Notes: generated by a model not told the origin, from the letters alone. Counted from the stretch's first letter, positions 45,941-55,963 are shown. The stretch is DNA of 64,000 bases from Candidatus Saccharimonadia bacterium (GCA_023253175.1 JALRHH010000001.1:236020-300019), one strand, 5' to 3'. Made by a program: numbers and translations.

Positions 45941-47323
45941 ATGAAGATCCAAGATACACTGACCAGATCACTCCAAGACATACAATCCCTCAATGAAAAT
46001 GAAATCAAACTATATACCTGTGGCCTAACCGTCTACAGTCAGCCACACATCGGCAACTGGGTCGCCTATATTTACTGGGATATCCTTGTCCGTACACTAA
46101 AAGCAAGCGGCTACAACGTAACGCGCGTCCAAAATATTACAGATGTCGGGCATCTCACATCAGACGAAGACGCCGGTGAAGACAAAATGCTGAAAGGTGC
46201 GCTAAAGGAAGGCATCACTGCCTGGCAAGTTGCGGAGAAGTATATAGCGATCGCCGATGACGAAGCGTACAACCAGCTTGGTCTATTACGCCCCGACCAC
46301 ATGCCGCGCGCAACAGACTATATTCCGCAGCAAATCGCATTTGTAAAAGAGCTAGAGGACGAAGGCTATACGTACACCATCGAGGATGGTGTCTACTTTG
46401 ATACTTCAAAACTAGACAATTACGGAGAACTCGCCCGATTAGACATTGACGGCCTCCAGTTTGGCGCCCGCGTTGAAGATACCGGCAAAAAGAACCCAAC
46501 AGACTTTGCGGTTTGGAAATTTAGTAGCCCGGGCGAAAAACGCGACATGGAATGGGAAAGCCCATGGGGCATTGGCTTCCCAGGCTGGCACCTAGAATGT
46601 TCTGTCATGGCGCGTGAGATACTCGGTGATCAGATAGACATTCATACCGGTGGTATTGACCATATTCCGGTCCACCACACAAATGAAATTGCCCAGACAG
46701 AAGCGGTCACCGGTAAACAATTCAGCCATTACTGGGTTCACGCTAACCACATCAAGGTAAATGGCGAAAAGATGTCTAAATCGCTCGGCAACATCTATAC
46801 ACTGAAAGACATTACTGATAAAGGTTTTGACCTGCAGGCCTTCAAGCTCATGGTATTGTCAAAACATTACAGCACAGAAGGCAATTTCACCTGGGAGATC
46901 CTAGAAGCAGCCCAGAATCGTCTAAAACACTGGCAGGAAGTAGCTGATTTGCGTTGGCAAATTCCATCCAAATCTGAAACACAAACTACTGAAACATCCA
47001 ACTTTAATGATGAACTTCTAAATGCCCTCCAGAATGACTTAGACACCCCAGCAGCAGTAGCCATAATTGATGCTGCACTTGGTTTCTATGAGTCAAACAA
47101 TCAGCAGCCCACTGAAGCTTTCCTTACTGACATTAAATCACTGCTAGGCATAAATCTTTTATATGCTGGCATTACAGACGATCAAAAATCATTGATTACA
47201 GCAAGACAAGAAGCTAGGGATTCAAAAGACTGGGCAGAATCAGACCGTATACGTCATGAACTAGCTGAACAGGGTATCGGCATCAAAGATACCTCCACTG
47301 GCCAAATTTGGTACAGAGTGTAG
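45941..47323 (+). CDS. cysS: cysteine--tRNA ligase
   Basis: HIGN (HIGH), KMSKSLGN (KMSKS), CGLTVY, WHLEC. Confidence 0.95.
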   Translation: MKIQDTLTRSLQDIQSLNENEIKLYTCGLTVYSQPHIGNWVAYIYWDILVRTLKASGYNVTRVQNITDVGHLTSDEDAGEDKMLKGALKEGITAWQVAEKYIAIADDEAYNQLGLLRPDHMPRATDYIPQQIAFVKELEDEGYTYTIEDGVYFDTSKLDNYGELARLDIDGLQFGARVEDTGKKNPTDFAVWKFSSPGEKRDMEWESPWGIGFPGWHLECSVMAREILGDQIDIHTGGIDHIPVHHTNEIAQTEAVTGKQFSHYWVHANHIKVNGEKMSKSLGNIYTLKDITDKGFDLQAFKLMVLSKHYSTEGNFTWEILEAAQNRLKHWQEVADLRWQIPSKSETQTTETSNFNDELLNALQNDLDTPAAVAIIDAALGFYESNNQQPTEAFLTDIKSLLGINLLYAGITDDQKSLITARQEARDSKDWAESDRIRHELAEQGIGIKDTSTGQIWYRV

Positions 47324-47470
47324 ATTTCCTTAACCTGCAGCTTCAAATATTTGAAGGTACAGGGAAAGAGAGTAGAGATGAATAGAATATTAGTAGAAGG
47401 GTTCTCGCGCATATCAGCGTGAGGGGCAAATCTGACATGTGCCAGCAGCCCCTCGACAATAGAGAGCAGC

Positions 47471-47716
47471 TCATTGGAGCGACTTCTCTGTCTTGTTTGA
47501 GCGCTGTCCGGTCTTGACGAGCTCCATGACGACTCCTGTGGTCACCACGATCAAGGCAACGATCAAGAAGGTGAGCAACGCAGATGCCAGTAAGAAGTAA
47601 ATCGAGTACTCGAAGTTGCTCAGAGTTTCCTTCTCATGGATGAGCTCGACAAACGCCCTACCTACAGTGAAGCCCGTGAGTACGATGCAGAACAGGAGGC
47701 TCAAGCCACGCTTCAT
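47471..47716 (-). CDS. small two-TM membrane protein (81 aa)
   Basis: GAGGAG SD; two hydrophobic helices. Confidence 0.45.
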   Translation of the reverse strand: MKRGLSLLFCIVLTGFTVGRAFVELIHEKETLSNFEYSIYFLLASALLTFLIVALIVVTTGVVMELVKTGQRSNKTEKSLQ

Positions 47717-47859
47717 TATTTTTCTCCTCTGCTAACAAACTGAAACTTTCAGCTGCGCAAGCAAACCATGAGTCTATGCATACTCTATTCGCGCAGTTGA
47801 AAGGTGTATCTCTACTCTGTAAAGGTGCATAGGAGCAGATACTCAACTATACTTTTTTT

Positions 47860-47889
47860 ATTATAGCACATTATGTGCTATTTTGTCAA
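47860..47889 (-). promoter_or_regulatory. near-consensus promoter overlapping an 8-bp-arm palindrome
   Basis: Reverse strand TTGACA-18 nt-TATAAT. The spacer contains ATAGCACA-taa-TGTGCTAT. Confidence 0.45.
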
Positions 47890-47903
47890 TATTTAGTAGA
47901 AAT

Positions 47904-49007
47904 CTATTTAGATTCTTGGAGGGCGGCCTTGGCGGTTGCTTCAGGTATAAGATTGCGGCGATGTAGATAATCAATCACGAGTACACGCAGGGATCCAGCA
48001 ACTGGGATCGCCACAAGTCCGCCTAATATACCGCCAAAGCTCACACCTATGATTACAGAAGCAAAGACGAGTAGCGGTGACATATTAGTAGCATTAGACT
48101 GAATACGAGGCTGTATAACGTAGTTTTCAATTTGTTGGTACAGGAAGTAGTACAAAAGGATAATTACAGCTGCAATTGGTGATGTAAAGAGCGCGACCGT
48201 ACTGACAATAACGGCACCAATCGTGTGTCCAACCATTGGGATAAGACCACAGATAAATACAATCAGCATCAGGGCGATAGGGTAGCCTACTCCAAGGATG
48301 AGCAGTGGCACCAAAATCATGACCGCAGCAAGTGCAGCCAAGATTACCTGACCGTTTACAAAGCCCTTTACAACGCGGTACATGTCCTCAAGCAGTGCAT
48401 CAGTACGCTTTTGCTTGTCTTTAGGCAGCATCCCCTTGAACAGCTTGATCCAGTGCGGACCCTCGATCAGCATCATAAAGGTAAGCACCAAAATAGTTAG
48501 CATTGAGAAAATGCTGCCAGACACCTTTGTGACACCACTCACGGCGCCAGAGCCAACATTACTGAGCCTGTCTGATAGCTGTGAGGAGAATTTTTCAACC
48601 TGATCCTCTAGGTTGTAGCGGCGAACGAAATTACCGAGGCTGGAATTCTCATTACGAACATCTTCTACGATACCTGGGGCAGCTTTAATGAAGTTATTGG
48701 TCTGCTGCACAAGTGGTGGAACGATGCTGGCCAGGAATCCAGCCAAGAATGCGATGACAATAATAAAGGATACCGCCGTGCCAATTTTACGGCTACCACG
48801 GCGCTTGCCAGGTAAGTGTTCGGCAATCCAGTGAACTGGTGCGTTCAGCGCCAATGCAAGGAAAAAAGCAGTAAAAATAAGTACAAGCGCATGTGTTGCT
48901 TTACGCAGTGCAGCTAAAAGCAGCAGCCAGGCAAGCACTGCAGCGAGCACCTTAAAGATGGTTCTATTTGAAATCGTAAATTCGGTCTTGGGTTGTGATG
49001 TTGCCAT
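47904..49007 (-). CDS. AI-2E family (PerM/YhhT-like) transporter
   Basis: Eight-TM layout with the large central loop and Gly/Pro-rich C-terminal helices typical of the family. Confidence 0.75.
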   Translation of the reverse strand: MATSQPKTEFTISNRTIFKVLAAVLAWLLLLAALRKATHALVLIFTAFFLALALNAPVHWIAEHLPGKRRGSRKIGTAVSFIIVIAFLAGFLASIVPPLVQQTNNFIKAAPGIVEDVRNENSSLGNFVRRYNLEDQVEKFSSQLSDRLSNVGSGAVSGVTKVSGSIFSMLTILVLTFMMLIEGPHWIKLFKGMLPKDKQKRTDALLEDMYRVVKGFVNGQVILAALAAVMILVPLLILGVGYPIALMLIVFICGLIPMVGHTIGAVIVSTVALFTSPIAAVIILLYYFLYQQIENYVIQPRIQSNATNMSPLLVFASVIIGVSFGGILGGLVAIPVAGSLRVLVIDYLHRRNLIPEATAKAALQESK

Positions 49008-49009
49008 GA

Positions 49010-50161
49010 TTAATCCTTATTATGCTGCTTTTCTTTCACACTTGCAATTGCCATTTCGTACTCTGAAATAAGTTTTGGCCCCACAACGCTGACGTCAAAA
49101 TTTTTGACATACTCTCGGCCCCAGTCGGCGGCGTCTTTCCGCATGACTCCATCCATGATCAATTCCTGAAGCTTCGCGGCAAATGCCTGAGTATCCTTAG
49201 GGTCAATTAACAGCTCAGGCCGTGGCTGCATAACCGTTGCATAGCCAGGATTGCTGCCCGCCAATACGGCTGCGCGGCCCGATGCCATTGCCTCGAGCAG
49301 CACAATGCCAAAGCTTTCGCCGCTCGTACTTGGAAACACTGAAATATCTGCTGATGCGTAATAATCAGGCTTGTCATCCTCTGATACAAAGCCAGCAAAC
49401 TCTACAATTTCTGACAAACCATGCTGTGCGGCATACGATTGCAGCTCTTCCAGCAGTGCACCCTTACCGCAAATAACGACTCGGATTTTAGGCAGGGTAG
49501 CTAGGTCAAGCCCTGCAAGCGCTTGAAGTAGATGCTGACAGCCCTTACGTTCCACCAAACGACCCAGGAATAGAATAGTGATTGCGTCTGATTTAGGAAG
49601 AAGTGGCTGTGCACCCTCGAACCTCGGATAATCAAACACGTTTGGAAGCACCTTGCTCTTAACACCAAAAGTCTGCGCCTGGAATTCAGCGGCGGCACTG
49701 GATACAGACAAAAAGGTATTAATTTTCTTAAGTGAAGGCTTCAGTGTGAAACCGAGTAATCTGCTAGCGAATGCTGCCAGTCCGCCGTACGGCAAAATGT
49801 GGAACGTACTAACTACACCAGCCGTCTTGTTTCTATGAAGAATATACTGTGCCATGAGCGGGTGATACGGAGATTGGACATGCAGAATATCAAACTGTTT
49901 CTCGACAAGTAGCTTCTTTACTTTTGATCTGTGTGCCCATAATGGGATCGTCATTTTGTTGCCGTTAAATGTCACCGTCACGTTTCGTGACAAGCTGTGT
50001 ACATTTGCAATATCAGTGCGCTTTGTTTCACCAACGAGGTAATGTACCTCGTGGCCCTGCGCGGTCATCCATTCGCCGAGTCTTAGAATATACTGCTGGA
50101 CACCGTCTGGTGGATCCAGTGACGTATCAAGCACAAACCCAATCTTAAGCTGCTTTGCCAC
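49010..50161 (-). CDS. GT4-family glycosyltransferase
   Basis: FPSTSGESFGIVLLEAMASG (E-x7-E region). GTG at 50161 (VAKQLKIGFVLD) is preferred over the ORF-track 50230. Overlaps the upstream paralog. Confidence 0.8.
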   Translation of the reverse strand: MAKQLKIGFVLDTSLDPPDGVQQYILRLGEWMTAQGHEVHYLVGETKRTDIANVHSLSRNVTVTFNGNKMTIPLWAHRSKVKKLLVEKQFDILHVQSPYHPLMAQYILHRNKTAGVVSTFHILPYGGLAAFASRLLGFTLKPSLKKINTFLSVSSAAAEFQAQTFGVKSKVLPNVFDYPRFEGAQPLLPKSDAITILFLGRLVERKGCQHLLQALAGLDLATLPKIRVVICGKGALLEELQSYAAQHGLSEIVEFAGFVSEDDKPDYYASADISVFPSTSGESFGIVLLEAMASGRAAVLAGSNPGYATVMQPRPELLIDPKDTQAFAAKLQELIMDGVMRKDAADWGREYVKNFDVSVVGPKLISEYEMAIASVKEKQHNKD

Positions 50162-51281
50162 GACTACTCTTGTTCTCACAGGCTTTGTTGTACAAATCCT
50201 CGTACTGATCAACAATGTGACGGTAATCAAACTGTTTTACGTAGGTTTTGGCCCATCCTTGCCATAGTTTCTTAAAATTTTGATCAGTCAAAAAGATCTG
50301 AAGCCGACGAGCAAATTCCGACGCGTCTTTGGAATTCACAATGCCGAGCGCACCCGTTTCTTTGAGCACCGTTTCGTAACCTGGATTAGAACCCGCAACG
50401 GTTGGTGTGCCGCATGCCATTGCCTCGAGCAGCACAATACCAAAGCTTTCGCCGTACAGCGCAGGGGAACAGAACACATCAGCTTTCTGCATAATACGAA
50501 TCTTTTCCGCATCATCCAGGTAACCGAGGAATTCTATGTTCGGAATCTCTTGTTCAAGCGCGTACTGTTCTAGCTTTTCTTTATCTGGGCCCGCACCACC
50601 AATCAGGAGCTGCGCATCAGGCATGCGCTGCTGCAGCAATTTGAATGCCTTGAGGAGATACTTTACGCCCTTGCGTTTTTCTAGGCGCCCTACGTAGAAA
50701 ATTGTTGGCCTATCAAAGCTTGCTTCTGGATCTGGACGATATTTCTTTAGATCAATGCCGTTGGTAATCATGTTAACGTCTACATCCGCCAGGTGACGAA
50801 GGTACTGGGCAGCAGGATCAGACACGGCCGTGAAGAAATCGATGTATTTGAGAATTGATTTGGTATACGGCTTAATAACGCGCTCGATCGTTTTGCTGAC
50901 ACGGGTATCAGGGAGACGCGCGTGAAAGGTGCCGATATTTACCGATTGACTGCGGCTGAGCAGTTGGCGACTAACAATTGGGATCCATGGCTCATGAATG
51001 TGCAGCACATCAAACTGCTCCCTCGTTAAGATTTCATCGATTTTTTCTATGCTACCGGTTGCAGAAACCTGCACAACTGTATGCATTGGGGACTTAAAAT
51101 CAGCAGAGCCACCAATGAATAACATGTGCTCTGGGGCCTCGCCCTTATAACTCCGCGGCTGAGGCGTCAAAATAATCGCATCGTGGCCACGACGGCGCAG
51201 TTCAGCTTGGGTAGCGAGTATATGCTCCTGCACACCGCCACCCTTGAACATGTCATAGGGCGAAAACAATCCTATTTTCAT
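50145..51281 (-). CDS. GT4-family glycosyltransferase (tandem paralog)
   Basis: MKIGLFSPY..; CSPALYGESFGIVLLEAMACGTP. Confidence 0.85.
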   Translation of the reverse strand: MKIGLFSPYDMFKGGGVQEHILATQAELRRRGHDAIILTPQPRSYKGEAPEHMLFIGGSADFKSPMHTVVQVSATGSIEKIDEILTREQFDVLHIHEPWIPIVSRQLLSRSQSVNIGTFHARLPDTRVSKTIERVIKPYTKSILKYIDFFTAVSDPAAQYLRHLADVDVNMITNGIDLKKYRPDPEASFDRPTIFYVGRLEKRKGVKYLLKAFKLLQQRMPDAQLLIGGAGPDKEKLEQYALEQEIPNIEFLGYLDDAEKIRIMQKADVFCSPALYGESFGIVLLEAMACGTPTVAGSNPGYETVLKETGALGIVNSKDASEFARRLQIFLTDQNFKKLWQGWAKTYVKQFDYRHIVDQYEDLYNKACENKSSRGKAA

Positions 51282-51322
51282 CTTGTATACAGTATACCCG
51301 AAGCGGAAGTGAAATTGCGAGC

Positions 51323-52246
51323 TTACTTCGACAGTACTTTGCGGATTTCTTTTGGAACAAGCGGGGAAGCTTGGGCTTTAGTTGCCAGAATGCTTGGGGC
51401 ATGGTTATCAAGCTTAGACATGGCGACATTGAAGTCACTAAATATAATTCGGTAGTGTTGTTCGACCATTGTATTGTCAAAGTATTTCTCGCCGGCGACA
51501 GCCACATGCCAGACAGGTAAATCAACTCGCTTCTTGAGATTATTTACGTTTAGCATTTCAACCGTGGTCGCCATGTGCGTTCGTGCGTCATTTGCATGCC
51601 AGAGATGAATTTCAAAATCCATCATACGGTTGAATTCTGATTTATTCGTATTCTTGAACTTGTGTTTAGCATTATGTGTCTTGGCATACGCCGCACGGAG
51701 CAGTGAAGGATGCAGTAGTACGTTTCTAAAGAAAATAGATGGGAGCTTGTGGGACAATGCACGGGCTGCAAGTACATAACCGGTATGACGACTACGAGTA
51801 AACGTAAAGTCGTCCTTGTGCGCAAAACCTACCACACTGACCAGCAGATCAACCTTCTTGGCCAGGTCAGGGTAGCGCTGCAACATGCGCGTTACGACAA
51901 TGAATCCGAACGACAGCCCAGCAATTGAAACGCGGCGGCGCTTGTACTGCATTTTAATAAACGTAGCCAGATAATCCGCCATTGTATCGAGATCTGGCTT
52001 TTTACCGATCTTATAGAAACTGTCCATGCCGCCGAACCCCGGAAGGTCAGGGGCTGTCACAGTACCGTAATCCCCAAGTACTTGAATCAGACCCCACCAA
52101 CGTTCAATTGTAGAGTGATGCCCATACACGAACAGAATCTCGCGGTTTTTATCCTTGTTTGGCATACGTAGCATACGACCATTCAGACCGTTGACATACA
52201 GTGGCACAATGTAGTCTTCTGGACTACGCTTCTTTTTATCGCTCAT
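51323..52246 (-). CDS. alpha/beta-fold hydrolase
   Basis: HG-like oxyanion region FVYGHHS; nucleophile elbow GLSFG. Confidence 0.65.
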   Translation of the reverse strand: MSDKKKRSPEDYIVPLYVNGLNGRMLRMPNKDKNREILFVYGHHSTIERWWGLIQVLGDYGTVTAPDLPGFGGMDSFYKIGKKPDLDTMADYLATFIKMQYKRRRVSIAGLSFGFIVVTRMLQRYPDLAKKVDLLVSVVGFAHKDDFTFTRSRHTGYVLAARALSHKLPSIFFRNVLLHPSLLRAAYAKTHNAKHKFKNTNKSEFNRMMDFEIHLWHANDARTHMATTVEMLNVNNLKKRVDLPVWHVAVAGEKYFDNTMVEQHYRIIFSDFNVAMSKLDNHAPSILATKAQASPLVPKEIRKVLSK

Positions 52247-52301
52247 TGCCGCCTATTGTAATACATTTACCGTAGATTTACAGCGGTAATATTGGCCGTA
52301 A

Positions 52302-53537
52302 CTAGAATCGGGGCATCAGTCGCCACAGAACTGTAGGCTCGGACGCATCTTTCGAAATTACAACTGCACTCTGAGCCGTATCACGTCCCGTATTAGCCTT
52401 GATGGTGCCCACCCTTGATCCTGCCTTTGCAAATGCCTTAGGGTCATCGAGTGTTAGTTCTGTACTTGCAGAAGAATCCTGCCAGATGATGCCTTTTAGG
52501 TCAGATTCGACTGTCAGTGGAATGGAATCTGCCCAAGCTTGTTCGTACGTACCAACCTGTTGACCAGCCTTTGCAATTGTCACCTCAGAAAATCCGTTCA
52601 AAACAGAGTTTACGAGGGGCACTGAATCCCGCAGTGCCGCACCAAGATTCGGAGCACCCATGATAACGCTGACAGCGATGATTTTCTTACCGCCAACTTC
52701 ACGCACCGCAGCTGCCATGAAGCAGCCACCAGCTTCTTCAGTATTACCAGTCTTTACGCCAACAATGCCGTTACGGCCAAGCAGCATATTCACGTTGTAG
52801 ATACGGCCAGCGACGGGAATAGTCGCTTCCTGCTGTGATGCAATCTCTGCAATAACAGGGTTGTCCATGGCATTTACGGCGAGCTTGACTAGGTCAGATG
52901 AGGTACTAACTGTTTTTGGCGAATAGCCACTCGCGTCGTCAAAGTTAGTGTTCTCCATGCCCAGTGATTTCGCAAAGTTATTCACAAATCGCAGGTAGTT
53001 TTCTTCTGACCCATACGCCCACTTAACTAGGGTGTATGCCATGTTGTTAGCAGAGGGGAGTAACAGTGCCTGCAGCGCCTCATACTGCGTGATTTCCTCA
53101 CCAAGCTGCACCGGTACATTTGATCCATCCATGGCTATTGTGCGGTAATACTCGTCGACATCATCTTGCGTAATCGTGATTGTCGGACCCTTCTCACCAA
53201 CTTTTAATGGACGCTGCTTTAGAACGGCGAGGGCAGTCATAACCTTAGCGACACTAGCCGTTGGCAAGGCTTTTTGTTCACCTTTTTTGCCGAGCACGCC
53301 ATATCCCACGGCGCCAATTGCAGCCTGACCGTAGCTTGGCCAGTTAACGGATACTGATTGAGATTTGGTAGGCAGGGTAGGCTGCGGAGTGGCCTTTGCC
53401 AATGGCAGCGCGCGGCCCATCATAGCAGCGACATAAATAGCCAGAACAATCACGATCACAAATGGAACAAGCGCAGACTTGCCGCGCTTCTTTGGATGCT
53501 TCACGCTCTTAAAAGCGTGTGGTTCTACTACCCTCAT
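52302..53537 (-). CDS. D-alanyl-D-alanine carboxypeptidase (S11, PBP5-like)
   Basis: SVAK (SxxK), SANN (SxN), KTGNT (KTG); N-terminal membrane anchor. Confidence 0.85.
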   Translation of the reverse strand: MRVVEPHAFKSVKHPKKRGKSALVPFVIVIVLAIYVAAMMGRALPLAKATPQPTLPTKSQSVSVNWPSYGQAAIGAVGYGVLGKKGEQKALPTASVAKVMTALAVLKQRPLKVGEKGPTITITQDDVDEYYRTIAMDGSNVPVQLGEEITQYEALQALLLPSANNMAYTLVKWAYGSEENYLRFVNNFAKSLGMENTNFDDASGYSPKTVSTSSDLVKLAVNAMDNPVIAEIASQQEATIPVAGRIYNVNMLLGRNGIVGVKTGNTEEAGGCFMAAAVREVGGKKIIAVSVIMGAPNLGAALRDSVPLVNSVLNGFSEVTIAKAGQQVGTYEQAWADSIPLTVESDLKGIIWQDSSASTELTLDDPKAFAKAGSRVGTIKANTGRDTAQSAVVISKDASEPTVLWRLMPRF

Positions 53538-53591
53538 ACGTTACCTGTAAGTATACATAACCATTACCACTTGTGGGAAGTGCATTTTAGA

Positions 53592-53620
53592 TTGTATTGT
53601 TGCTAATTTTCCGGTAGAAT
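53592..53620 (+). promoter_or_regulatory. tRNA-Gln promoter
   Basis: TTGTAT-17 nt-TAGAAT, about 27 nt upstream of the tRNA 5' end. Confidence 0.45.
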
Positions 53621-53647
53621 CTACACCTGTAATTCACCACGACATAT

Positions 53648-53722
53648 TAGGGCGTCGCCAAGTGGTAAGGCACTGGTTTTTGGTACCAGCATTCGGGGGT
53701 TCGAATCCCTCCGCCCTAGCCA
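53648..53722 (+). tRNA. trnQ: tRNA-Gln (anticodon UUG), CCA-3' encoded
   Basis: TAGGGCG-TC-GCC-AAGTGGTAA-GGC-A-CTGGT-TTTTGGT-ACCAG-CATTC-GGGGG-TTCGAAT-CCCTC-CGCCCTA-G-CCA. The U1:A72 pair fits bacterial tRNA-Gln. Confidence 0.9.
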
Positions 53723-53729
53723 TTGAAAG

Positions 53730-53753
53730 AGTCCAGCAAGTCTGGGCTTTTTC
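53730..53753 (+). terminator. intrinsic terminator after tRNA-Gln
   Basis: AGTCCAG-caagt-CTGGGCT followed by TTTTT. Confidence 0.55.
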
Positions 53754-53784
53754 AATGACTTGATGAATTCAAACTCCCGACTGA

Positions 53785-53904
53785 AGCATTCGGGGTGAAA
53801 ATTGCCAGTGGCAATTTGCAAGGCAATCTTCACTTGAAAACTTGTTTTCAAAGCAGAAGTTGCGGGCCTGCTGAAAGTAGGTCGAAATCCCTCCGCCCTA
53901 GCCA
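53785..53904 (+). pseudogene. split duplicate of the tRNA-Gln 3' portion
   Basis: AGCATTCGGGG (53785..53795) equals tRNA 53688..53698. AATCCCTCCGCCCTAGCCA (53886..53904) equals tRNA 53704..53722. The two parts are separated by 85 nt carrying two perfect hairpins: AAATTGCC/GGCAATTT 53799..53817 and TTGAAAAC/GTTTTCAA 53834..53851. Confidence 0.65.
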
Positions 53905-53951
53905 ATCATAAGCACTTTGCAAAAGCAGAGTGTTTTTGTTTATGCTTGCAT
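53902..53951 (+). repeat. cassette-boundary module copy 1 (fused to pseudo-tRNA CCA end)
   Basis: CCAATCATAAGC-ACTTTGC-AAAA-GCAGAGT-GTTTTTGTTT-ATGCTTGCAT. Confidence 0.7.
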
Positions 53952-54002
53952 CAAGGTATCTAATTCTTTAGTCTACAAAGTATGTAAGTTTGGAGTGATG
54001 AA

Positions 54003-54407
54003 ATGACAAAGTTTTGTGAAGAGTGTCCGATGAAGGGCTCGATGAAGGAAGAGATGAGTGGATTTATTGCTGGCCCTTACAGATTCAGAGCCTATAAATG
54101 GAGTAATCGCGCAAATGAGTCAGGTTATGTAGGCAGCTTAGTAGATGATTTTGGCGGTTTTTCAGAACCGATGTACCTTCCATCGGACAACCTAGCGGAT
54201 ACAGCCATTGAGTCACGTATCAATGCATGTACTGAACCCACAGAGCGCTTTGAAAAACGTGGAATAAGGGGAAGAGATCATAGGATCCTCGGTTGTCCTG
54301 CAGTAGGAGCATTAGTAGTGACAGATCACGAATTACGTACTCGTAGTTTACGTAATTTTGAAAAAATTGTATTAGCGAGCGCACAGTTACGAACAGATGA
54401 GGCTTGA
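54003..54407 (+). CDS. cassette 1: hypothetical Cys-containing protein (134 aa)
   Basis: GGAG SD; MTKFCEECPMKG..; no recognisable domain. Confidence 0.5.
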   Translation: MTKFCEECPMKGSMKEEMSGFIAGPYRFRAYKWSNRANESGYVGSLVDDFGGFSEPMYLPSDNLADTAIESRINACTEPTERFEKRGIRGRDHRILGCPAVGALVVTDHELRTRSLRNFEKIVLASAQLRTDEA

Positions 54408-54433
54408 GCATAGCTTGCTCTAATATTCAAAAC

Positions 54434-54516
54434 TAGTTTGAAGTTCGTCAATAAGCAGAAGCCAAGCATAAGCACTTTGCGGAAGCAGAGTGTTTTTGTT
54501 TTGCTTATGCTTGCAA
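54434..54516 (+). repeat. cassette-boundary module copy 2 (full length)
   Basis: TAGTTTGAAGTTCGTCAATAAGC-AGAAG-CCAAGCATAAGC-CACTTTGC-GGAA-GCAGAGTG-TTTTTGTTTT-GCTTATGCTTGCAA. Confidence 0.75.
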
Positions 54517-54544
54517 ATAATAACTAATATATTAAACTTCCAGT

Positions 54545-55042
54545 ATGTCAAACGAAATCAACTCAAATGCTGGCGATCAAGTGTCTAGCTTAACCTTCGC
54601 AGAGCTCGCTAGTCTTAGTCAGTCTGTAGCCGAGATCCGCAAAGCAGTCAGCGAGTTACCAACCACAGAGGAAATTTCCCTTATTGTTGAGGGGGAAGTA
54701 TCGCAGCGAGCAGCCGCTCTTGCTCAAAGTGCAGGTCGCTTAGCGCTTGCCGAGGCAGGCAGTGATGAATACAATGAAAGCCTCACTTCATTCCAAGAAG
54801 CCATGGAGGATCTGGGCCTATCGAATCTTTTGGCGCGCTCCATATATGGGGCTCCCCACGAAAGACTACGCCATGAGCGTATCCGTCGAGGCCTAACCCA
54901 GGAACAAGTTGCAGCACAAATGGGCATTACTTCCGCATACTTGTCTCGAATAGAGAGAGGAGAGAGGGACAGCGATACTACTCTCTCAAAAATCATAAAC
55001 TTTTTCGAGTCTAATAAATTTGACCAGATCCCGACTGAATAG
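54545..55042 (+). CDS. cassette 2: protein with C-terminal XRE-family HTH (165 aa)
   Basis: LRHERIRRGLTQEQVAAQMGITSAYLSRIERGER. TAAACT box (54533..54538) 6 nt before the ATG. Confidence 0.65.
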   Translation: MSNEINSNAGDQVSSLTFAELASLSQSVAEIRKAVSELPTTEEISLIVEGEVSQRAAALAQSAGRLALAEAGSDEYNESLTSFQEAMEDLGLSNLLARSIYGAPHERLRHERIRRGLTQEQVAAQMGITSAYLSRIERGERDSDTTLSKIINFFESNKFDQIPTE

Positions 55043-55050
55043 TCATTTAC

Positions 55051-55086
55051 ACTGTCAAGTAGGACAGTTTTTGGTTATGCTTGCAT
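55051..55086 (+). repeat. cassette-boundary module copy 3 (own hairpin, conserved right arm)
   Basis: ACTGTC-aagtag-GACAGT-TTTTGG then TTATGCTTGCAT. Confidence 0.6.
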
Positions 55087-55115
55087 GTAACTTTTAAGGC
55101 GATATACTTCGAATT

Positions 55116-55898
55116 ATGGATATGTTCACGGGAGACATGGAGAATTGGCTCAATTACGTAGAGGTAAATGATACGGAGCATGCTCGCTTACTGCGCGATA
55201 TGTTTAAGCGGCGTAATTTTACGGATCACGACGATGCGTCCAATGTGGCGTATGCCTCGGAGTTGGCACATTGGGTACATGGACATTTTGAGTATGTGAC
55301 ATATGCTCGATCTAACGAGATTCCGGGCGAACAACTACCTAGAGCACTTCGTGTGCTCACCGCACGAGAATGGAGTCCTGGCGGTGAGCTAAACATCGTG
55401 TACCCATCAGGTAGCTCAGTTGCGCTACGTCGGGAAGATGAACGAAGGGGTAATGTTGGCGGCCATTCTACACTCGAGAAAATTGTCCGTGACAGTATTG
55501 ATACTGGTAAAACATTCGATCAGACCGTAGATGACGCTACGGAGTTGATATCACTTGATGGCAACCTTGTGGGTGAACACCTTGCACTTAAAGGCCTGCG
55601 TAACACGATTGCATCAACTAAGATAACCATAGATTGGCAACACCCCCTCAGCCATACGAGCGGCTTACTACTTACAGTGAATTCCTTTGGCATAGATATT
55701 GTGCCGTACGATGAGCCAGCAGTTATGCCTGAATTATTTTCATTCGCCACTGAGAGCCTGCGAAACCCCTCAGAGCTTGCTATGCTTGCGAGCGAACTCA
55801 TGGTAATAGCCGCCGAGTACTGTCCACCGCGCAGTAGACAGTACTATACCGACAGAGAGGATATTATTCAGCTCGAACAGCTACTAAACTGCATTTAG
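55116..55898 (+). CDS. cassette 3: hypothetical protein (260 aa)
   Basis: TTGCAT-16 nt-TATACT, then 7 nt to the ATG; no domain recognised. Confidence 0.5.
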   Translation: MDMFTGDMENWLNYVEVNDTEHARLLRDMFKRRNFTDHDDASNVAYASELAHWVHGHFEYVTYARSNEIPGEQLPRALRVLTAREWSPGGELNIVYPSGSSVALRREDERRGNVGGHSTLEKIVRDSIDTGKTFDQTVDDATELISLDGNLVGEHLALKGLRNTIASTKITIDWQHPLSHTSGLLLTVNSFGIDIVPYDEPAVMPELFSFATESLRNPSELAMLASELMVIAAEYCPPRSRQYYTDREDIIQLEQLLNCI

Positions 55899-55963
55899 CT
55901 GAACCGTTCCACTAATTTAGTAAATTGCATCTACCAGAAGTAAGTCGATCATAATAATTTACG

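Noticed and set aside
47341-47356. Perfect 16-bp palindrome CTTCAAATATTTGAAG just after cysS.
   Set aside because: It is AT-rich and loopless, so not an RNA hairpin, and it is single-copy in the window. It could be a protein site, but nothing else supports a function.
53621-53905. 94-aa reverse-strand ORF in the track.
   Set aside because: It lies entirely over tRNA-Gln, its terminator and the pseudo-tRNA, so it is spurious.
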